Below, in pieces: positions 21,412 through 31,491 of a DNA stretch of 64,000 nucleotides. The position numbers were made by a program, and so were the translations under genes. The notes under the pieces are model-generated. The model worked only from the letters and a program-made list of their open reading frames with translations, was not told the origin of the DNA and searched no databases. Each line of letters opens with the position of its first letter. Positions within the stretch are counted from its first letter, which is position 1. Origin of the DNA: Promethearchaeota archaeon (GTDB lineage: Archaea; Asgardarchaeota; Lokiarchaeia; Sigyniarchaeales; SOKP01); assembly GCA_030603385.1 (NCBI GenBank), contig JAUVXW010000001.1:128001-192000 (forward strand). The letters run 5' to 3'.

Positions 21412-22167
21412 ATGGGTCAACTAAAAATTGGAATAATTGGTGGTTCTGGACTGGATGATCCGGATATTTTAAAGGATGTTAAAGATATAGATGTTGATAC
21501 TTCATATGGAAAACCTACATCTCCTCTAAAAACCGGAAAAATTCATGGTGTTGATGTAATTATCATAGCAAGACATGGAAGAGAGCATACTATTCCACCA
21601 ACACAAGTAAATTATAGAGCTAACATACAAGCATTAAAAGATCAAGGCTGTACTCATATTTTAGCTACAACAGCTTGCGGAAGTTTGAGAGAACAAATTG
21701 GAAGAGGTGATTTAATTATTCTTGACCAATTTATTGACTTCACTAGGCTCAGGAAAGTATCTTTTTTTGAAGAGTTTGCCCCTGGGGATATGAAACACAC
21801 TCCAATGGCATATCCTTATTCAGAGGAGTTAAGAAATATCCTTATTGAAACAGCAAGGGAACTTAATCTTAAATATCATGAAAAAGGAACAGTTGTTACG
21901 ATTGAAGGACCAAGATTTTCAACAAGAGCAGAATCAGAAATGTTTAGGATATGGGGTGCAGATGTGATTAATATGAGCATCGCTTCTGAGACAATTTTAG
22001 CTAATGAAGCGGGTATCCCATATGCTGCTGTTGCTATGTCTACAGATTATGATTGCTGGAAAGACGATGAAGCTCCAGTTACATGGGAAGAGATCTTAGA
22101 TATATTTGGTAAAAATGTTAACAATGTTATCGCTTTACTGACTAATAGTATAAAAAAAATTAAATAA
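21412..22167 (+). CDS. mtnP: S-methyl-5'-thioadenosine phosphorylase
   Basis: IGIIGGSGL, ARHGREH, VNYRANI, ACGSL, IEGPRFSTRAES, ADVINM, STDYDCW. Confidence 0.95.
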   Translation: MGQLKIGIIGGSGLDDPDILKDVKDIDVDTSYGKPTSPLKTGKIHGVDVIIIARHGREHTIPPTQVNYRANIQALKDQGCTHILATTACGSLREQIGRGDLIILDQFIDFTRLRKVSFFEEFAPGDMKHTPMAYPYSEELRNILIETARELNLKYHEKGTVVTIEGPRFSTRAESEMFRIWGADVINMSIASETILANEAGIPYAAVAMSTDYDCWKDDEAPVTWEEILDIFGKNVNNVIALLTNSIKKIK

Positions 22168-22336
22168 CCTTTCTTTTTCTCGGTAATTTCTTTTTCTTAA
22201 AACCTTTGGAATAAAAAGTTTTGATAATTGTTAAAATCTTACGATTTATTAATTTAATAAAATTATTATTTTTTTACATATTTAAAATACGTAAGAAATG
22301 TTTTAAAGCTTATAAAATTCTTAGAGACTTTTAAAA

Positions 22337-23641
22337 ATGGTGAGTATTTCTTTTCTCGGAGGTTGTAGAGAAGTTGGACGAAGTGCTGTACTAGTGGAAT
22401 CTAAAAGCGGGATTAAGTGCATGTTGGATTATGGGATTCGATTCCGAGGAGAAGAGAGACTTCCCTATAGTACGAATATAGAAAATCTAAAAGCAATCGC
22501 TCTAACTCATAGCCATATTGATCATTCAGGGGGCTTACCTTTATTATATAAAACGAAAAAAGTTCCGTTCTTTACAAATTCCATTTCTCTTGCAATGACT
22601 GAAATTTTAATTAAAGATATGATAAAAATATCAAATTATCCTTATCCATTTGGATATAGAGAATTCGATTATTTAAAACAAAATTCATATTTCCTCAAAA
22701 ATGGAACAAGACAAAAGATTGCTGATAATTTCTTTATAACATTCATAAATGCAGGTCACATTCCTGGGAGTGTATCTATTTTACTTGAAGTAGATCATAA
22801 AACTATTTTGTATTCTGGTGATATTAACACACAGATTTCTAATTTAATACATTCTGCGAACTATATGGATATCCCTGAAATAGATACATTAATTATAGAA
22901 TCTACATATGCTCTTAGAAAGCATCCTCCAAGAGAGCAACTTGAGAAAGAATTTATAGAGAAAATAATGAATGTAATAGATAATGGTGGAACAGTCCTAA
23001 TTCCAGCTTTTGGTGTAGCTCGTTCACAAGAAGCTTTACTCATTTTGGAAAAATATGACTACAAAGGAAAAATCTTCATCGATGGGTTAGCAAGAAAAAT
23101 ATCTAAGTTATATTTAGATCATCCAGATTTTATCAAAAATATTAAATCATTCAGAAATGCATTGAATAAAGCACAATTTGTAACAAGACCTAAAACTAGG
23201 GCAAACATTAAAAAATCTAATGGAGTTATAATTTCTCCATCTGGTATGTTAAAAGGAGGTGCTGCAATAGAGTATATACAATCAATATTGGTAGATCCTT
23301 TATCAGCAATTTATTTAGTAGGTTACCAGGTGGAAGGAACACCCGGTAGAAATTTATTAGATGAGGGAATTTTTGAATTAAAAGAGTCTCGAAAAAATAA
23401 ACCTAATTTTGATTTAAGAATTGTAGCACAATGTGATTATGACTATTTTGACTTTTCAAGTCATTCTGATGGTATCCACATTCATGATTATATTGAAAAT
23501 CTGAATTTTAAAAGAAATGCCAACAGCGATATTTTCTGTATTCATGGAGATAATAAATCAACAACCAGCTTAGCTAGCGAATTGGTGAATAAAAATTATA
23601 ACTCAGTAGCTCCTGAAACAGGAGAGATTTACCAGGTTTAG
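22337..23641 (+). CDS. Metallo-beta-lactamase / beta-CASP ribonuclease (aCPSF2-like, no KH domains)
   Basis: LGGCREVGRS, THSHIDH, AGHIPGS, YSGD, IESTY, PAFGVAR, SGMLKGG, GYQVEGT, FSSHSD, IHGD. Confidence 0.9.
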   Translation: MVSISFLGGCREVGRSAVLVESKSGIKCMLDYGIRFRGEERLPYSTNIENLKAIALTHSHIDHSGGLPLLYKTKKVPFFTNSISLAMTEILIKDMIKISNYPYPFGYREFDYLKQNSYFLKNGTRQKIADNFFITFINAGHIPGSVSILLEVDHKTILYSGDINTQISNLIHSANYMDIPEIDTLIIESTYALRKHPPREQLEKEFIEKIMNVIDNGGTVLIPAFGVARSQEALLILEKYDYKGKIFIDGLARKISKLYLDHPDFIKNIKSFRNALNKAQFVTRPKTRANIKKSNGVIISPSGMLKGGAAIEYIQSILVDPLSAIYLVGYQVEGTPGRNLLDEGIFELKESRKNKPNFDLRIVAQCDYDYFDFSSHSDGIHIHDYIENLNFKRNANSDIFCIHGDNKSTTSLASELVNKNYNSVAPETGEIYQV

Positions 23642-23665
23642 ACGAATTGTTTTCAATATGTGATT

Positions 23666-25186
23666 CTATTTTTTTCGTAATTGATTTCGAATTGCAATAT
23701 TACAGTTTTCCAGAAATAATTCTACTTTTTCAATAGGGATCTTGGTTCCTGCCGCAGGAGGATGTCCCCCTCCTAATACATCTAAATTTGATTGTTTGCA
23801 TGCATCTCTAATCGCTTTTGAGAGATTTATGCCTTGATTTACAATGCTTTCATGTGCTCTTCCTGAAACTTTATATACGTCCTCATCAGTTCTTTTTGCT
23901 AAACCAAATATAGGTTTTGATTTATCTACACCTTTAATATGTTCGAAGATTAACATGGAAGTAATTGTTCCTATAATATTTTCGGGAATTACATCTTCTC
24001 CAAAAAAATATTGAATCGAATCTTTCTCTTGAATTTTATCATTCTCTTGAATCCAGGAAAGGCTCTCACCCAATGACTTTCTATAGTTTTTCAAAGCTTC
24101 CTTTGATTGTTGATAAATGTCCTTTCTATTTCCCATTGCAATAGCTATCCCTAACGAAGAATTATGAGTTCGGCCACAGGCATTTAGAAGATTAGAAAAT
24201 TCTTTAGCATCGTGAAGTTCTGAGCCAGCGGGTTCCTCTTTTAATATATACCGATTAATAATTAATTTTTTTATTATTTTATTAGGTTCTAAATCAAGTT
24301 TTATTGATGCATATTCAATAATAGCAGTAGATATGATTTGTTTCTCATCTTGGTTCAATTCACTCAACGTTTTTACATTACCTTCAGAATTTTCCATTAA
24401 TATTCCCTGAGTTTTCAAGAAAATCAAAGTTCTATTTGCATCTTTAGATAATCCGGGTAAAAGAATTTCTGTTGAATAAGCAATTGCTTCATTTAAGGGT
24501 TTTAAACTACGAAAATTTAAATCATTTACAACTTCGATTAACCCTAAATTCATCGCATCTTCTAAAATTAAAGTATTTAGTCCTAGAAAAGATTTGTTTA
24601 ATCCTTGATTTTGAATATCCCCTATTGCTCCAACGATAGCGATCGGTGATAAGTCTATATTTTCTTGATTCAGACATTTGGCAAAATAGTAGCATAATCC
24701 CGCACCTGAAATTTCAACACTACCATCAATTCCAAAAAAATAAGGGTTAATATGCCAATTTTTCGTTTTTTCATGGATTTGTTCAATCAATTTAACTTCT
24801 TCTTTGTTAGAAACATTTTGAGGAATGTGGTGATCTAAAATTAAAAAAGAATTAAACTTTGCTTTATTAACTAATTCTGTTTCTAATTCTAAATATTGTC
24901 CGCTACCAAAATCAGAAAAGATTAGAAAATTATTATATTCTTGAACTTTCTTTAAGATCTTCGCAATTTCTCTTTTTTCTAATTGTCTGAGTACAGTAAT
25001 TTGAAATGGGATTTTCTCTCGATATAAAGCTTTGCCAAGAATTGCACCCGAACTTAACCCATCAGCATCTAGATGGGTATAGATATTAATAGGAGTGTTC
25101 TTGCCTTCAACATGCTTAAATAAGTTATTCTTTGCAATCTTAAGATCGGCAAGCAATTTAGTTAATTTTTCTTTCTCTGTGTCCAT
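23666..25186 (-). CDS. DHH-family RecJ/GAN/Cdc45-like nuclease
   Basis: HLDADG, FSDFGS, ILDHH, GAIGDIQ, LLNACGR, DHHA1 motif GGGHPPAAG. Confidence 0.9.
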   Translation of the reverse strand: MDTEKEKLTKLLADLKIAKNNLFKHVEGKNTPINIYTHLDADGLSSGAILGKALYREKIPFQITVLRQLEKREIAKILKKVQEYNNFLIFSDFGSGQYLELETELVNKAKFNSFLILDHHIPQNVSNKEEVKLIEQIHEKTKNWHINPYFFGIDGSVEISGAGLCYYFAKCLNQENIDLSPIAIVGAIGDIQNQGLNKSFLGLNTLILEDAMNLGLIEVVNDLNFRSLKPLNEAIAYSTEILLPGLSKDANRTLIFLKTQGILMENSEGNVKTLSELNQDEKQIISTAIIEYASIKLDLEPNKIIKKLIINRYILKEEPAGSELHDAKEFSNLLNACGRTHNSSLGIAIAMGNRKDIYQQSKEALKNYRKSLGESLSWIQENDKIQEKDSIQYFFGEDVIPENIIGTITSMLIFEHIKGVDKSKPIFGLAKRTDEDVYKVSGRAHESIVNQGINLSKAIRDACKQSNLDVLGGGHPPAAGTKIPIEKVELFLENCNIAIRNQLRKK

Positions 25187-25300
25187 TTTTCTGAATAATT
25201 AGATAATCATAAATTCAAAATTGAAACTATAATATAATAAGATATCAAAATTATAATAAATACTCAATTAAAAAAAGTAAATTTACTAAGGTGAAAATAA

Positions 25301-26296
25301 ATGCATCATATAAGAATAAATGAGCTTGCAAGAAACATTGTAGAGAAGATAATCAACAAGAAAGATTTATATAAAGCCAGTATAATTGAATTAGCTAATA
25401 ATTCTACTATTTTAGATATGACAAATGCTTCATGGAATGGGGGTAAATTGGTGGGAGAAATTTGTATGGGTGGTTTAGGAACTGTAGAATTTTCTCATTA
25501 TAATTTAGATGGGCATTTCATACCAAGTGTTACTGTTTATACTTCAGAACCATTAATTTCATGTATAGCTTCTCAATTGGCAGGTTGGAATGTGAAATTG
25601 AAGAAAGAAGTAGAAAAAAATGGACAAATGAAAAAAAAAGTCATTTTTCAGTCATTAGGTTCAGGACCAGCTCGAGCTAAAAGTAAAGTTGAAAAAATAT
25701 TTAATGAAATTGATTACATAGATAATTCTGATTGTGCAGTTATTGTTTTTGAGACCCCAAAATTACCAAATGAAGAAGTCATGAATATTGTTGCTGAAAA
25801 ATGTAGTGTTGATATAAGTAAAACTTATGCAGTTTGCGCGCCAACAGCTTGTTTAACAGGATCTATTCAAGTAGCAGCAAGAATTGTAGAAACAGGTGTT
25901 CACAAATTACATGAGATTAAATTTCCAATAGAATTAATCAGAAATGGCTATGGAACAACAACAATTGCTCCAATTGCGAAAGATGATCTAGGTGCAATGG
26001 GACGCACTAATGATTCCATAAGCGCAGGTGGAATGACATACTATACTATCGACGTTGAGAAAGAAAAAGAAGAAGAATTATTCGAACTTATTAAAAAGGG
26101 TCCAGCAAATACATCTTCTAGTTATGGAAAACCATTCATCGAAACATTTAAAGAGGCAAATTATAACTTTTATGATATTGATCCAGGATTATTTGCTCCA
26201 GCAACATACACTTTAACTAATATTAAAACAGGGAAAAGTTTAACTGTTGGAAAAGTAAATCATGAATTATTAAAACAATCTTATGGATTAGATTAG
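25301..26296 (+). CDS. mch: Methenyltetrahydromethanopterin cyclohydrolase
   Basis: EICMGGLG, SQLAGW, LGSGPARA, APTACLTGSIQVAARIVETG, AMGRTND, YGKPF, FYDIDPGLFAPA. GGTGA SD lies 6 nt before the ATG. Confidence 0.97.
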   Translation: MHHIRINELARNIVEKIINKKDLYKASIIELANNSTILDMTNASWNGGKLVGEICMGGLGTVEFSHYNLDGHFIPSVTVYTSEPLISCIASQLAGWNVKLKKEVEKNGQMKKKVIFQSLGSGPARAKSKVEKIFNEIDYIDNSDCAVIVFETPKLPNEEVMNIVAEKCSVDISKTYAVCAPTACLTGSIQVAARIVETGVHKLHEIKFPIELIRNGYGTTTIAPIAKDDLGAMGRTNDSISAGGMTYYTIDVEKEKEEELFELIKKGPANTSSSYGKPFIETFKEANYNFYDIDPGLFAPATYTLTNIKTGKSLTVGKVNHELLKQSYGLD

Positions 26297-26356
26297 TTGA
26301 AAAAATAAAAACTTTGTTCTAATATCATTAATTTTTTTATTTTATAAAAATAAAGC

Positions 26357-27427
26357 CTATATATTGGTGAGTTCTTCTTGATACTTTAAAATTTCATTTA
26401 CAGAAATATCCTTATCAAAGTTTATTTTTTTATGTATCCCTAAATATGCACACGCAAGATTAGCAGCAGCAGCAATTTCGGCTTTTTTAAGGGTTACAGA
26501 ATATTCATCCTGCTGATTTTGTTCTTCTTGGTAAGCATTTTCTTGATATCGATGATCTTGAATTTTAGTAGCTCTTTCATTTTTCATCTGGTATAATAAA
26601 GATGCCATTTTATCGGCTACTTTAAAAGGTAACTGGTTCTTAACAATTAAACGAATTATATTATTTACATCAAAATAATTCAAAGTTTCATATTTAGCAC
26701 GTAGAAAACTTTTAAGATTTTCAGAGTCTTTTTCACACTCAATTTCTGTCCAATCATGGATGGCTAGTTTTCTTCTAAAGTATATCAGCTCCCAATCAAT
26801 TTCCAGTTCTTTCAGAAATTCGAGTAATTTTATATCATTAGGTTTTCTTGATTCTATAATAATATAAAGTTGAAGACCATAATATTTATGCTCCTGTTGA
26901 AGGAAAAAGCCTCTTTGTTGCATAGATGCGAGAATCAATAACTTTATTGAAAAAACCTTATCGGAAACATTCTTTTTGCTACAGTTTAAGTAAATTACAT
27001 TTCCCTCTTCACTGATATATTCACAATCCAAAAACCCTAGAATACTCTCTTTATTTTCTTTTATAAATTTATTTAATCCAGTAAGAGTAGGTTTTACATC
27101 AAAACGCTTTAAATCATCTTGTCCAATAGTAACATAATCATTATAATTACTTCCAATAGCAAGTTTTATAGCATTTAATTTAAACTCTTTATCTATTCCA
27201 AATACTTTTTGAAAGGCTTCATTTATGGGAAACACTTCATCTTCGAGAATCTTAACATCTGCTATAGAACTCTCATATGGTTCAGGATCACTTAGCATCT
27301 TATTTAACACAGGCGCTTCTGAAGCCTCTACTTCAATTTCATATGATTTTGCTAAGTCTCTTCGAATAATGCAAACAGATCTCTTTTTTTTATTAAATAT
27401 TGAAAGCGAATTGTTATCATCAACCAC
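26357..27427 (-). CDS. Hypothetical protein
   Basis: 356-aa ORF with genome-typical composition; the frame stays open about 23 codons upstream of the GTG, so the start is uncertain. Confidence 0.65.
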   Translation of the reverse strand: MVDDNNSLSIFNKKKRSVCIIRRDLAKSYEIEVEASEAPVLNKMLSDPEPYESSIADVKILEDEVFPINEAFQKVFGIDKEFKLNAIKLAIGSNYNDYVTIGQDDLKRFDVKPTLTGLNKFIKENKESILGFLDCEYISEEGNVIYLNCSKKNVSDKVFSIKLLILASMQQRGFFLQQEHKYYGLQLYIIIESRKPNDIKLLEFLKELEIDWELIYFRRKLAIHDWTEIECEKDSENLKSFLRAKYETLNYFDVNNIIRLIVKNQLPFKVADKMASLLYQMKNERATKIQDHRYQENAYQEEQNQQDEYSVTLKKAEIAAAANLACAYLGIHKKINFDKDISVNEILKYQEELTNI

Positions 27428-27675
27428 CGCTCGAAATTTCTCAATGAATTTGTTTTCTGCGTTCTCTGAGCCTACTCTTCTTCTTCGAATTTTTAATCAA
27501 CTAATTATTTATGAAATTTATTCTTAGTTAATTTATTTATAAAATTTTTATCTTAAATTCTTAACTAAAAGAAATTATTAATCTTAGTTTTGTATTAAAT
27601 TAAAACTAAAACAGCCTTAAAACTAAATAATTTATAAATGGATACTAGAATTTTGTCAGAAAACTAATAATTATC

Positions 27676-27855
27676 TTATTCTAATTCCTCTTCTAAGAAA
27701 TAGTTGTCATCCTTCTTTATATAAACGGTCGTAGAACCAAAATTATTACGAACAGTATATTTATCTCCTTGAACATCTAATATTTCTATTGAATATGATA
27801 ATCTCCTTTTATTTAGGATATCTTCAACTATTTTTTTCTCTTCTTTAGAATCCAT
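27676..27855 (-). CDS. Small hypothetical protein (59 aa), not in ORF track
   Basis: MDSKEEKKIVEDILNKRRLSYSIEILDVQGDKYTVRNNFGSTTVYIKKDDNYFLEEELE; ATG start, typical codon usage, fills an otherwise empty gap. Confidence 0.65.
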   Translation of the reverse strand: MDSKEEKKIVEDILNKRRLSYSIEILDVQGDKYTVRNNFGSTTVYIKKDDNYFLEEELE

Positions 27856-28213
27856 AACTAAGATTTATATTTCAAATCAAAAAAATTTTACTATTTTTAC
27901 CAACATTTCTGTAGTAAATTTAAAGATTGTAGACTCTTTTTCATGTATTATTGAGATCTTATATATACTTATTAGATCAGCAAGTATAAACTTAAAATAG
28001 AATTTCGATTGAATCAAAAAAGTGGAAATCTATTTCCTAAATGAAAAAATTGAGGTTTTAATAAAGGTTATTTTTTCATTAGGGGTAATTCCACGATTTT
28101 ATTAAAAATCGGGGTTTTTTTTAATAAACAGTTTAATAAATAAATGAGTATTTCATTAAAATATCTACATAGCAAAATTTTGCACATAATTGATCTCTCG
28201 TCTCTGAAGCATT

Positions 28214-29464
28214 ATGGTTCAACAGAAGCTTGACATTGGATTTTTCACTAGTATGTATAGTCAAACTAATGGTACAGCCCATGCTGTGCGATTCCTATCC
28301 GAGGCAGTCGCAAAACATACGGGTCATACAGTGCATGTTTATGCACCTGGAATTCAAAAACCGAAAAACATACCAAAAAATCTCTATCTTCATAATTTTT
28401 TTGGTGCAAAAATAGCACCTAAAACCGGGTTTGTTCTAAGTTTTCCTATCCATAAATACTTTTTCTGCCAACACGATTATTTAGACATTGCTCATATTCA
28501 TACACATGCAACATTTGGTAGTATGGCGATAAATTGGTCAAAATATATGGGGATCCCAATGGCCGGAACTCATAATTCCCCCCTTTCCTTTTATACCTCT
28601 CAATATATACCTATAGTGGGGGGTCTTTTGTCTAAAATGGATTGGATCTGGCGATATGAAAGACATATCTTAGATAAATATGATCTTGTATCAGTACCGA
28701 CAAAATCTAAGAAAGATTTGCTTAGGAAGCAGAGATTTAAAGAACCCATCGTCTGTCTTTCTAATGGGATTCATGATAGCTATTTCACTGATGTTAAGGA
28801 CAACGGAGTTCGGGATAAGTATAACTTAGATAATAAAAAGATTCTACTCTATGCTTCAAGACTTTCTCCTGAGAAGCATCAATTAAGTATTATTAAAATA
28901 TTTAAGAAAATTCATAAAGAGGTACCCAATTCACATTTAGTACTTGTAGGCAGCGACGGACCATCAACTTCACATGTTCTAAAACTTATTAAGAAGAAGA
29001 ATTATAAAGATTTTGTCTCTTATTTAGGTAGAGTCCCATTCAACGATTTATTGAAACTTTACAATATAGCTGATTTATCTTGCCTATGGTCTTGGATAGA
29101 AGCAGAAGGACTGGTACTTCTAGAAAGTATGGCTCAAGGAACACCGTGTATCGGCTCTAATAGTGTTGGAATTTCAGATGTAATAAGGCACGGGCAAACC
29201 GGATATTTAAGTCAGGATTTAAATGATTTTAAGGATAGAGTAATAAAACTATTCAAAGATGATGATCTTCGACTTGAGATGGGTAAAAATGCTAGAAAAG
29301 TTGCTGAAAATTATAGGATAAGCCATGTTGCAAAAACCTGGGTAAAATTATATAAATTTTTGATTAATGAGCTTTACCCACTTAGGTATTACAAAAAAGA
29401 ACGGAAAGAAAGGGTAAAGCTAGTGAAGGAGTTTATACACAACTTACCAATAGTTAGTTTTTAA
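28214..29464 (+). CDS. Glycosyltransferase family 4 (GT-B)
   Basis: QTNGTA, HIHTHA, GTHNS, SNGI, ASRLSPEK, GSDGP, EAEGLVLLESMAQGTP. Confidence 0.9.
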   Translation: MVQQKLDIGFFTSMYSQTNGTAHAVRFLSEAVAKHTGHTVHVYAPGIQKPKNIPKNLYLHNFFGAKIAPKTGFVLSFPIHKYFFCQHDYLDIAHIHTHATFGSMAINWSKYMGIPMAGTHNSPLSFYTSQYIPIVGGLLSKMDWIWRYERHILDKYDLVSVPTKSKKDLLRKQRFKEPIVCLSNGIHDSYFTDVKDNGVRDKYNLDNKKILLYASRLSPEKHQLSIIKIFKKIHKEVPNSHLVLVGSDGPSTSHVLKLIKKKNYKDFVSYLGRVPFNDLLKLYNIADLSCLWSWIEAEGLVLLESMAQGTPCIGSNSVGISDVIRHGQTGYLSQDLNDFKDRVIKLFKDDDLRLEMGKNARKVAENYRISHVAKTWVKLYKFLINELYPLRYYKKERKERVKLVKEFIHNLPIVSF

Positions 29465-29477
29465 ATTGTGAGTTTTA

Positions 29478-30224
29478 TTAGAAATTGAAATCTTTTCTAA
29501 TTTTATATAGTTTTATTTTACAGATTTCACATAAATAATATGATTTCTTATCAATTTCATCAATATTTTTAGAAAACCTCATAACACAGGAATTTTCCTC
29601 ACAATGGGTAAACCCCATTAAAATATGTCCTATTTCATGAATTATTTCCTTAATAACTCTTTGTTCAAATAGTTCATTATCTTTTTGTCTATCATAAAAT
29701 TGCTCTTTCAGTTTAAGTGTAGATACTACACTACATCGATGTTTTAAGTGAGTCTCTCCAAATAAAAATAATATATTGTCGTCACTACTCGAATAAATAG
29801 GAAGATCTGTGAGGGCAATTATCATACCAAGTCTATCTTTCGTTCTTATATCTATTAATGATTGATAAAATTTATTAGTGGGGTGAATACTTAACTTATC
29901 ATTGATTCCTTTCATTTCTTTATACTCTTTTTTTACACCTTTAGAGAGAAGTTCTTTTGAAAAATTATATTGCCCTAAATTTATAATCTCAAAAAAGTAG
30001 GAATCAAAAATTTGATTCAAGTAAGATTCGATTTGTCTAAACAACTTAGCATCAAAATCGGCATAAAACAAAATTCCCAAATGACAAGGTAATATTAGTT
30101 TTTTCAACTCATCATCTACTAATTCAAATTCTTCGGAATAAGAAATTCCGATTCTTGTAACAAGTTTTTTTAATTTTTCCTTGTATTTGCGTATTTTCTG
30201 CTCATATTTTCGAAACTTAGGCAT
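29478..30224 (-). CDS. Archaemetzincin (peptidase M54) family Zn metalloprotease
   Basis: KEIIHEIGHILMGFTHCEENSCVMRFS...LCEIC: metzincin motif plus Cys4 site; N-terminal extension. Confidence 0.88.
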   Translation of the reverse strand: MPKFRKYEQKIRKYKEKLKKLVTRIGISYSEEFELVDDELKKLILPCHLGILFYADFDAKLFRQIESYLNQIFDSYFFEIINLGQYNFSKELLSKGVKKEYKEMKGINDKLSIHPTNKFYQSLIDIRTKDRLGMIIALTDLPIYSSSDDNILFLFGETHLKHRCSVVSTLKLKEQFYDRQKDNELFEQRVIKEIIHEIGHILMGFTHCEENSCVMRFSKNIDEIDKKSYYLCEICKIKLYKIRKDFNF

Positions 30225-30372
30225 TATTTGTCAAATTAAAATTTTAAGATATCTAAAATAATCATTCTCTAAAAATAAAATTAGTTTAAATTCATTAATA
30301 ATAGGTATTTAAATCATTAATTATATTATAAAATAAAATATTTCAATTTGATTGAAAATTAAGCGCAGAATT

Positions 30373-31422
30373 ATGGTTGAAAATTCAAAAAATTCAGAAG
30401 ATATGGAACAAAGGGGCGAAGAAATCGAACAAATCTCAATAGGGAAAGATTCAGATAAGAGAATTGTTAATAAAGATTTTATACCTCACTATTTTCCAAC
30501 GTATAGGATTAAAAGAACGCTTTATCCGATCCCGATATTTATAGTCGTAATAATTGCGGGGATTTTAGCACATTTAACATATGTAGAAGCTGGAGTTCAA
30601 ATAGATGGAGGATATATTTCGGAAAGTGAATATGGAGCAATTGGGGGGATAATTAATGGACTTATATATACGGGGCTAGCTGGTTTCTCGGCTTTTATTA
30701 TCATTTATATTATTAAAAAAAGAGGTGTAGGCGCTTTAATGTATATTTTTGGGATAGGATTTGGTATGGTAACCTTTTTTCAAACATGGTTCTTTGGGGA
30801 GGTAATATTATATTTATCATTTTCCAATAATCCTAGATTATACTATTTACTTGATGTTGAATTAATCTTTCTTACAGCTGTATTTACTATATTTATGATT
30901 TATAAATATTTTACTTCAAAATCAATTAAGATAAAAAATTTCATTGTGTTGTATATAGGATTACTAATTGGAGCGTCTATGGGTGTTTTAATGCCTCTTT
31001 GGACCACTCTAGCTATATTAATAGGAATTTCTTTATGGGATATGTTTGCTGTTTTGTATAAACATGGTCCTATTAAGCAATTAATTGATTTAGTTTCAGA
31101 ACCTAATGATAGTATCACCAATACTTCAGAAACAGATTTAAAAGAAAAAATACAGAGCGGAGAATATACATATGATACTTCCAAATTGGAAATCGGAATT
31201 GGTGATCTAGCATTTTATAGTATGCTTACTTCTAGTGCTCTTGTTCAAACAAATAATGTAATAATCATGATTTTAACCTCAATAGCTATAATTATTGGAA
31301 CAGGAATTACAATACTGGGTCTTAAAAGAAATAAAATTTTACCTGGTCTACCTATCTCAATTTTTCTAGGAATAGGGACAATGCTGTTCTCATGGTATAT
31401 TTTTTCATTCATATTTGTTTAA
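30373..31422 (+). CDS. Presenilin-family intramembrane aspartyl protease
   Basis: Multi-TM; ISLWDMFAV (first catalytic Asp), GIGDLAFYS (GxGD), LPGLPISI (PAL-like). The ATG at 30373 is preferred over the TTG at 30352. Confidence 0.9.
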   Translation: MVENSKNSEDMEQRGEEIEQISIGKDSDKRIVNKDFIPHYFPTYRIKRTLYPIPIFIVVIIAGILAHLTYVEAGVQIDGGYISESEYGAIGGIINGLIYTGLAGFSAFIIIYIIKKRGVGALMYIFGIGFGMVTFFQTWFFGEVILYLSFSNNPRLYYLLDVELIFLTAVFTIFMIYKYFTSKSIKIKNFIVLYIGLLIGASMGVLMPLWTTLAILIGISLWDMFAVLYKHGPIKQLIDLVSEPNDSITNTSETDLKEKIQSGEYTYDTSKLEIGIGDLAFYSMLTSSALVQTNNVIIMILTSIAIIIGTGITILGLKRNKILPGLPISIFLGIGTMLFSWYIFSFIFV

Positions 31423-31491
31423 CATTAATTTCCTAATTTTTTAAAGGAAATTTCATTTTATTCTTTAGTACCGCGTAAAAGGTGTATATTT

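Noticed and set aside
27428-27500. Possible further non-canonical (ATT) start for the 356-aa hypothetical gene
   Set aside because: The frame is open upstream, but there is no SD and no known motif that requires the extension.
28091-28122. Hairpin plus T-run (CGATTTT/AAAATCG) resembling an intrinsic terminator
   Set aside because: Weak AT-rich stem with no upstream plus-strand gene to terminate; likely by chance.
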